IMG/VR virus record: IMGVR_UViG_3300005281_000021
Location: 1 to 64,000 of that record
Source of the DNA: a virus
Taxonomy: Duplodnaviria > Caudoviricetes
Direction: 5' to 3' (one strand)
Length of the DNA: 64,000 bases
Part shown: positions 58,590 to 64,000 of the stretch, piece after piece
Layout of the letters: each line of letters begins with the position of its first letter
Position numbering within the stretch: position 1 is the stretch's first letter
Notes under the pieces: model-generated
The model's input: the letters and a program-made list of their open reading frames with translations, nothing else
Databases searched by the model: none
Told to the model about the DNA's origin: nothing
Position numbers and translations under genes: made by a program

Positions 58590-59035
58590 GCCGGTTTGCC
58601 CAGCTGAACGAGCACCGCAGGCCGGTGCCGAACAAACTCGCCGCGCGGGAGCTGAGCGCCATCATGGCGCCATTGACGAACGCCCTGATCGCCTTCCGCC
58701 TCGGGCGCGGCAGCGACGACCACTACAACGACCTCGCCGCGGCCTTCGTCATCGCCCAGGAGATCGCCGCGCTGGTGCCGCGCCACCGGCCCCTGCAGGC
58801 TGAGCTGCAGCCGTGCGTGCAGGCGCTGCACCGCATCTGGGAGCGCCGACGGCAGCGCACCATCCCAGACGCCCCGTACACCGGCCTGCCCGAGGAAATC
58901 GACGAGGTAGAGAACGGCGTCCAGATATACCGCGGCCTGCTGCTGGCCACGCCCGGCAAGACCGTCCTGCGAGCCATCAGCCGCGCCATGGACGCCATCA
59001 AGCGGGCCGAGCCCGCCCCGGAGGTGGCGGCATGA
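58586..59035 (+). CDS. hypothetical protein
   Basis: GAGG RBS, ATGA overlap. Confidence 0.65.
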   Translation: MSRFAQLNEHRRPVPNKLAARELSAIMAPLTNALIAFRLGRGSDDHYNDLAAAFVIAQEIAALVPRHRPLQAELQPCVQALHRIWERRRQRTIPDAPYTGLPEEIDEVENGVQIYRGLLLATPGKTVLRAISRAMDAIKRAEPAPEVAA

Positions 59036-59205
59036 AGCTGAAACGCTGCCCGCGTTGCCAGGAAACCATGGCGGCAGACCTGACCAACTTCGCTCCCAGG
59101 GACAAGCGCGGGCGACTGGACGGCTGGTGCCGGATCTGCCGCAGCGAGGATCAGATCGCCCGATATCACCGACGCAAGCAGCTCACGACACCGGCACAAA
59201 CATGA
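59032..59205 (+). CDS. small zinc-finger protein
   Basis: GGAGG RBS; CPRC...WCRIC. Confidence 0.55.
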   Translation: MKLKRCPRCQETMAADLTNFAPRDKRGRLDGWCRICRSEDQIARYHRRKQLTTPAQT

Positions 59206-61792
59206 CGCAGCCGGGGTCACGTGGCCGCACGACCATGTGGCGCTCGGCGCAGGTTTTCGTCTCCTCGTTGAACGCCAGGCAGCGCCCGCACACCTCCCCG
59301 GCGGGCAGATCCTCGACCATCTGCAGCACCGGCTCAGGCAGGCCCGGCATGACATCGCTGACCGCCGCCCGCCGGGCGCTGACCTCGTCCTCGATCGGCA
59401 TGACGAACATGGACGTGCCGTGGGCGCGCGCCCAGGCGACGTCGCAGAGCATGTTCGCATAGCTGGTGTGCGGGTCGATGCCGACCTTCACCACCCGGCG
59501 CCGGTACTTCTTCTCTTCCTCGTCCTTCTCGGCAACCAGCGCGGTCTTCGTGAAGTGCAGGAACGCCAGATCCTTGCAGACCGAAACGGTCTTCCGGACG
59601 CCCTTCTCGAACACCTCCTGCACGAGCGCCGCAGGATCCGGAAACAGGCACAGGCGCTTGACGAACCGCGCCATGGACACCTGCATGCACTTGTACTGGT
59701 CGAGGGTGACCGTGTACCGGTCGCGCTCTTCTTCCGACGTGCGGCGCTCCGAGACGTCCAGCTTCGGCGCGTCGCCCCAGCGCAGCATCTCGTCCTTGAT
59801 GTCCGCGTAATTCGCCAGGAACACCCGGCCCTGGTGGCGCTGCGCGAAGCGCTTCGCGTCGTTGTAGTTGGGCAAGGTTTCCACGACGCAGCACTGCACG
59901 CCGTACTGCTCCATCAGCTCCGAGCACCTGGCGAACGGGTCGGCGTCGTAGATGTACTCCAGGTGCACCACCGCCTGGCGTCCGTCCGGCAGCCGCTCCT
60001 TGATAATGGCCACGTTGAAGTTGCCCATCTGGTCGATGCCCATGAACGTGCCGCGGGCGCGCTGCTTCCACACCAGCCCCGCCTCCATCCCGAGCCGGGC
60101 GCAGTCGTTCAGGATTTCCAGGGTCACCGGCACCTGGGACGGGTCGGTGTACGGCTTGCCGAGCTTGCGGTTATAGAAGTTTTTGAGGTCGTCGGCGGAG
60201 TTGTAGGCCTCGATGATCTCCCGCGGCGTGATCGTCGGCGACAGGAACTGAGGGTAGTGCAGCGAGACGATCTCCGCGTCCGGGTTCTTCGGGATCCACT
60301 CGCCGTCCTGCGGGTCGTCGATCCAGCCGCCGCAGTGCTTGCAGACGTACCGGTAGTCGCCTAGCACGGTCGCCGTGGTGCCGTCGGCGCGCCGGATCTC
60401 CCGCGGATATTCCGGGTCGAAGCGGATGCAGTCGGGGAAATACTCGTCCAGGACATTCCCCTGCCCGCACGACGGGCAGCGGGTGTGGAACTGGTGCTGG
60501 GTGCCGCGCTTGTACCAGAAATTGATGTCCTCGTCCGGCCAGTTGGCAGTCGACCCCATGAGGGTGAACCGGACGTCAGACGCGGACAGGCGCTCGCGGG
60601 TCTTTTCCATTTCTGCGATGGACATTTCCTGCACCTCGTCGAACGAGAGCACGTCCATCGGAAACGACTCGGTCATGGCCTTGCCGGACGTCCACAGAAA
60701 GTGGAACCGGCTGCCGCCCATGTTCCGGATGAGGATGTTGCCCTCCCCGGTACGGCGCCGACCACCGGCGTCGTCGGCCACCATGCGCTCGTAGGCAGCC
60801 GGTACCGTCCGCACGATCGGCATGAACCGCTCGGACGACTTGGCGCCGGCCAGCTTCATATCCGGCAAGTACATCCCGATCTTGCACGGCTCGAACTTCA
60901 GCGCGAGATAGATCGCCGCCAGCATTTCCATGACGGTGAAGCCGACCTGCGCGCACTTCTGCATCACCACCGTGCGCCCGTAGGCCTCCTTCTTCGTCGA
61001 CGGGATCTGCTCGTAGACGAAGCGCATGCTCGGGCGGTTGGACAGGGTGAACGGCTTGCCGTCCACCTTCAGGCCGGTCGACTCGAGCCGCTCGCACCAC
61101 TGGATGAAGGTCTCGTCCTCGCCGATCACGCGCTGCGACGACGACAGCTCCACGTGGTGGTCGAGGAACTCCGCCAGCACGCGCTGCTGGTACGACAGCT
61201 CGTCGAGATTCTCGGCCTCATCCCGGAACGACGCCGGCAGGTGCGGGTTGCAGAACGAGTCGAACTGCCAGACGGACCAGTCCGGATCCGTCTGCCCGGT
61301 CTTGAACAGCTTGTAAAACCCGTTGCGCTTGCCACGCGGAGTCGACAGCAGCCATGCGTCGCCCTTGTAGACCTTCAGCGACGGGCGCAGCACGTCCTCC
61401 CACAGATCCGCCAGGCGGTCGGCCCGGGCGGCGTCGTCGACCACGATCGTGCCGTACTGCTCGTAGCACTCCGAGAAGTCGTCCAGGGCATAGAAGTCGA
61501 TCAGGCCGGACGCCAGCTCGACTCGCTTCGCGTTCACCCGGCGCTTGATGGCCGGCTCGACCAGCCGCAGGATCCGGCGCCGATCCTCGATCAGGTCGGA
61601 CGTGGTCGCCGAGAACCACGCCACCGGATAGCCGCGCAGCGCCCCCTGCCGGCCAGCCAGCAGCACCTCGATGCCCAGCGTGGTCTTGCCGGCCTTCTCG
61701 CCCATGGCGACGACGTTAAACCGGCTGGCGCGGCTCAGGGTCTTCTGTTGAGCGGGATGCGGGTCAGGAAGGATGACTTTGATCTCGGCCAT
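59183..61792 (-). CDS. terL: terminase large subunit (GpA-like) with an extra N-terminal ATPase-like domain
   Basis: KCAQVGFT, LSFDE, CPSC/CKHC, MGIDQ nuclease; N-terminal AGKT/VVDD/STPRG domain. Confidence 0.88.
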   Translation of the reverse strand: MAEIKVILPDPHPAQQKTLSRASRFNVVAMGEKAGKTTLGIEVLLAGRQGALRGYPVAWFSATTSDLIEDRRRILRLVEPAIKRRVNAKRVELASGLIDFYALDDFSECYEQYGTIVVDDAARADRLADLWEDVLRPSLKVYKGDAWLLSTPRGKRNGFYKLFKTGQTDPDWSVWQFDSFCNPHLPASFRDEAENLDELSYQQRVLAEFLDHHVELSSSQRVIGEDETFIQWCERLESTGLKVDGKPFTLSNRPSMRFVYEQIPSTKKEAYGRTVVMQKCAQVGFTVMEMLAAIYLALKFEPCKIGMYLPDMKLAGAKSSERFMPIVRTVPAAYERMVADDAGGRRRTGEGNILIRNMGGSRFHFLWTSGKAMTESFPMDVLSFDEVQEMSIAEMEKTRERLSASDVRFTLMGSTANWPDEDINFWYKRGTQHQFHTRCPSCGQGNVLDEYFPDCIRFDPEYPREIRRADGTTATVLGDYRYVCKHCGGWIDDPQDGEWIPKNPDAEIVSLHYPQFLSPTITPREIIEAYNSADDLKNFYNRKLGKPYTDPSQVPVTLEILNDCARLGMEAGLVWKQRARGTFMGIDQMGNFNVAIIKERLPDGRQAVVHLEYIYDADPFARCSELMEQYGVQCCVVETLPNYNDAKRFAQRHQGRVFLANYADIKDEMLRWGDAPKLDVSERRTSEEERDRYTVTLDQYKCMQVSMARFVKRLCLFPDPAALVQEVFEKGVRKTVSVCKDLAFLHFTKTALVAEKDEEEKKYRRRVVKVGIDPHTSYANMLCDVAWARAHGTSMFVMPIEDEVSARRAAVSDVMPGLPEPVLQMVEDLPAGEVCGRCLAFNEETKTCAERHMVVRPRDPGCVMFVPVS

Positions 61793-61814
61793 CAGGCCAG
61801 TGTCGCATCACGAC
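61792..61814 (-). promoter_or_regulatory. late promoter, leaderless (terminase)
   Basis: GTCGTGA-tgcg-ACACT-ggcctg-ATG. Confidence 0.75.
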
Positions 61815-61849
61815 AAAAATGAGTAGCCCCGCCGGAGCGGGGCTGTGCG

Positions 61850-62908
61850 TCAGGTCTGCACGTGGATGACTGAGTGTCCCTTTTCCGCCGCCCACTTCTT
61901 AGCCTGCTCCTTTGCCTCAGAGTAGGAAGTGCCGGACTGCGCCATGAAGAAGTGCTCGCCGGGTTTATCGCCGTGCTTACCGAAGTCGTGCGACTTGTGA
62001 GGCGAGAAGAACCACATCCCGCGACCGGACGGCTTCTTGCCATGGGTGAACTGGTAGTGGTCATCTCCGCGCACCTCGACGGAGGACGCCGGGATCTTCT
62101 TGTTCCCGCCGTCGGCGGTCGGCTTGTTCTTCGCTTCACTTTCACGAAGCATGCTCGCAATGACTTCGTGTTGATTGGCGTGCTTTTCGTGATACGCGCG
62201 GATAACATCGTTCTTCGCGCGCTTCGCTGCGGCCTTGTGAACCAAGGCAGCATGCTGGTGATAATCCGACTCTCCTGCTAGGTGCGCGACTTTGGTGGCA
62301 CGTTCAGAATCCAGGAGGATTTTGCGCTCTTCAGGATCGGAGGACAGTTTCGCAACATGCTCCGCCATAGAGATAGGCTGAGACCCAGAAGAATGCCAAT
62401 ATTTATCCTCGTGCTCCTTCAGACGGTCAGCGGCTGATTTGCCAGCCGCGCCGGCCTCGCCGGACGAATTCTGGCCGTGCTGCTGCTTCCAGCCTTCGAG
62501 AATCTTTGCATAGGCCGCGGCACTTTCCGGACCGGGCGTCCCACCGGAATGCTGGACGTGGTCGTTTTGGACCAGCATGTTCCCGAGGGCCTTGTTGTGC
62601 ACCACCGACTTCCCGTCGCTCTGGCCGACATAGACCCCGACCGTTTGTGTTTTCGGGTTATCCGGGTGCGGGATTTTGACATGCTGTCCAGGCACGAACC
62701 CCGAATGAGGATGCGGCGTGTGTTCGACAGAATTCAGCTTCGACGCGCGCATCACGGGCTGCTTCGGCGCGGCAGCCTGCCGGCTGTCCTCGTGCGCCTG
62801 CACGTAGGTGCCGTCCTTTCGGGTGTAGGCGGAGACGTGGGCCTTCGCCAGCGTTTCGAGCTGGCCAGCGGTTTCAGGTCGACAGAAGAAATAAATCGGG
62901 GCCTTCAT
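61850..62908 (-). CDS. putative internal head protein
   Basis: GAGGA RBS; LAKAHVSAYTRKDGTYVQAH N-terminal motif. Confidence 0.65.
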   Translation of the reverse strand: MKAPIYFFCRPETAGQLETLAKAHVSAYTRKDGTYVQAHEDSRQAAAPKQPVMRASKLNSVEHTPHPHSGFVPGQHVKIPHPDNPKTQTVGVYVGQSDGKSVVHNKALGNMLVQNDHVQHSGGTPGPESAAAYAKILEGWKQQHGQNSSGEAGAAGKSAADRLKEHEDKYWHSSGSQPISMAEHVAKLSSDPEERKILLDSERATKVAHLAGESDYHQHAALVHKAAAKRAKNDVIRAYHEKHANQHEVIASMLRESEAKNKPTADGGNKKIPASSVEVRGDDHYQFTHGKKPSGRGMWFFSPHKSHDFGKHGDKPGEHFFMAQSGTSYSEAKEQAKKWAAEKGHSVIHVQT

Positions 62909-62924
62909 GGGGTTCCTCGCAATT

Positions 62925-62947
62925 TCCAGGAAGTCTCGCATCACGAC
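62925..62947 (-). promoter_or_regulatory. late promoter
   Basis: GTCGTGA-tgcg-AGACT-tcctgg-A. Confidence 0.7.
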
Positions 62948-62955
62948 CAGGCTGC

Positions 62956-63435
62956 TCACTCACCGATGACCGTGACGTGGATCTTACCGCTTGACTTCTT
63001 GCCACGACGCGTGGCCCGCTTGCGCGGCGCAGCGCCGGCCCGGCGCGCCGCCGGCTTCTTTGCCGGCAGGAAGTCGTCGTCGAAGTCGAACAGGCTGCCG
63101 CTGGCGCGCCGATCCCCGGCATACGGCGGGGTCGGCTGCAGGTCGGACATGATCGACCAGACGCGAGAGTAGGCACCGTGCAGGCGATGGTCGAGAACCG
63201 TGGCCTTGAAGTTGCCATACGCCATGGCGGCGACGTGCTCGGCGAGCTTGGCCGCAACGGTGTTGCGACTGACCACCGCCCGGTAGCGGTAATCCGAGGT
63301 CAGGCTTTGCCGCACCTTGACCCCTGGGAACACGCGCTCAATGTCCCCGGGACGGCGAGCGCGCACCAGCAGCTGATCTGGCTTGCAGTCTTTGTGAACG
63401 ATGGACAGGAAGGCGTCCGGCAGGCAAATCCACAT
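62956..63435 (-). CDS. conserved phage hypothetical protein
   Basis: GGAG RBS; MW....AFLSIV...LLVRAR...DYRYR...YGNFK. Confidence 0.72.
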   Translation of the reverse strand: MWICLPDAFLSIVHKDCKPDQLLVRARRPGDIERVFPGVKVRQSLTSDYRYRAVVSRNTVAAKLAEHVAAMAYGNFKATVLDHRLHGAYSRVWSIMSDLQPTPPYAGDRRASGSLFDFDDDFLPAKKPAARRAGAAPRKRATRRGKKSSGKIHVTVIGE

Positions 63436-63498
63436 AGCGGTCTCCAAAAAGTTGACCGCAGTGTAACTCAAATTTGAACAATAAGTGGCTGAAATTGC

Positions 63499-64000
63499 TC
63501 AAAAAATACTAGCCTGTCCGGATTGGGCCTTTTTGGGCGGATCGCCCGCACCAATCGCCTGCGCCAGCCCATGGTCGGTCGCCATGTTCAGCAAGTCGTA
63601 CAGCTTGCCCTTCGGGCACAGCGAGACCGCTTGCGACTCCCAGCCCATGGCGGCGGGCGTCCCGCCCACGCGCACCGCCCGGTACATCCTGGCAACCGAC
63701 GTCGTGCGCTTGAAGTCGCCCACGAACCCGACAATCCGCAGCTTCAGGCCCGTCTCCTCGAAGGCCTCCTTCAGCGCGGTCGCCTGCAGGGACATCCCCG
63801 GCTCCGCCGTGCCCTTCGGGAACGACGCCTGGTAGCCGCCGAACTGGTTGGTCGGGTGCGTCAGCCATACCCGCCCGTCCGGCTCTTCCACGATGACGCC
63901 GGCGCTGATCTTCATGCCGGGCGGCACGTGCAGAGGCGGCTCATCGAGGTCGTCGTCCACCCCGTCGTAGTATTCCCAGCCCTCGTCGGTCTTGGGGTGG
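63499..64000 (-). CDS. Nudix hydrolase domain, C-terminal part of an ORF that starts outside the window
   Basis: FPKGTAEPGMSLQATALKEAFEETGL Nudix box; frame open to the right edge. Confidence 0.8.
   Translation of the reverse strand, partial: HPKTDEGWEYYDGVDDDLDEPPLHVPPGMKISAGVIVEEPDGRVWLTHPTNQFGGYQASFPKGTAEPGMSLQATALKEAFEETGLKLRIVGFVGDFKRTTSVARMYRAVRVGGTPAAMGWESQAVSLCPKGKLYDLLNMATDHGLAQAIGAGDPPKKAQSGQASIF

Noticed and set aside
59183-59189. Additional GTCGTGA copies (59183, 2773, 14371)
   Set aside because: They lack the A(-11)/T(-7) pair and have no correctly spaced gene; the scan was by eye and may not be exhaustive
61156-61792. Intein explaining the long terminase
   Set aside because: The extra segment is N-terminal, with no splice-junction or LAGLIDADG motifs, and carries ATPase-like motifs instead

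Overview
This window is most of a GC-rich temperate myovirus genome in non-integrated form: an intact attP (3' half of tRNA-Arg(ACG) plus arm repeats) sits beside a tyrosine integrase, with phage genes on both sides. Left to right it holds small early genes and a DNA methyltransferase; a replication module (TOPRIM primase-helicase, VRR-NUC, SSB, SF2 helicase); a recombination module (RecE-like, SMC-like ATPase, orphan annealing candidate, RecD-like); attP/int; lysis genes; tail fibres, baseplate and contractile tail; a head module resembling Herelleviridae; putative head-packaged cargo (SNF2-like, InPase-like, Nudix); an iteron and Z-DNA origin candidate; MuF, portal and terminase. The main unexplained signals are: (1) a 12-copy late promoter G(T/G)CGTGA-N4-AnnnT-N6-(+1), where 8 copies put +1 exactly on the ATG (leaderless mRNAs); (2) one copy drives a ~180-nt multi-hairpin RNA with no credible ORF, lying between portal and MuF; (3) a terminase with two ATPase domains of different families; (4) a copy of the capsid N-arm inside the prohead protease; (5) a +1 frameshift site in the tail chaperone. 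Products were assigned by motif recognition only; no searches were run.
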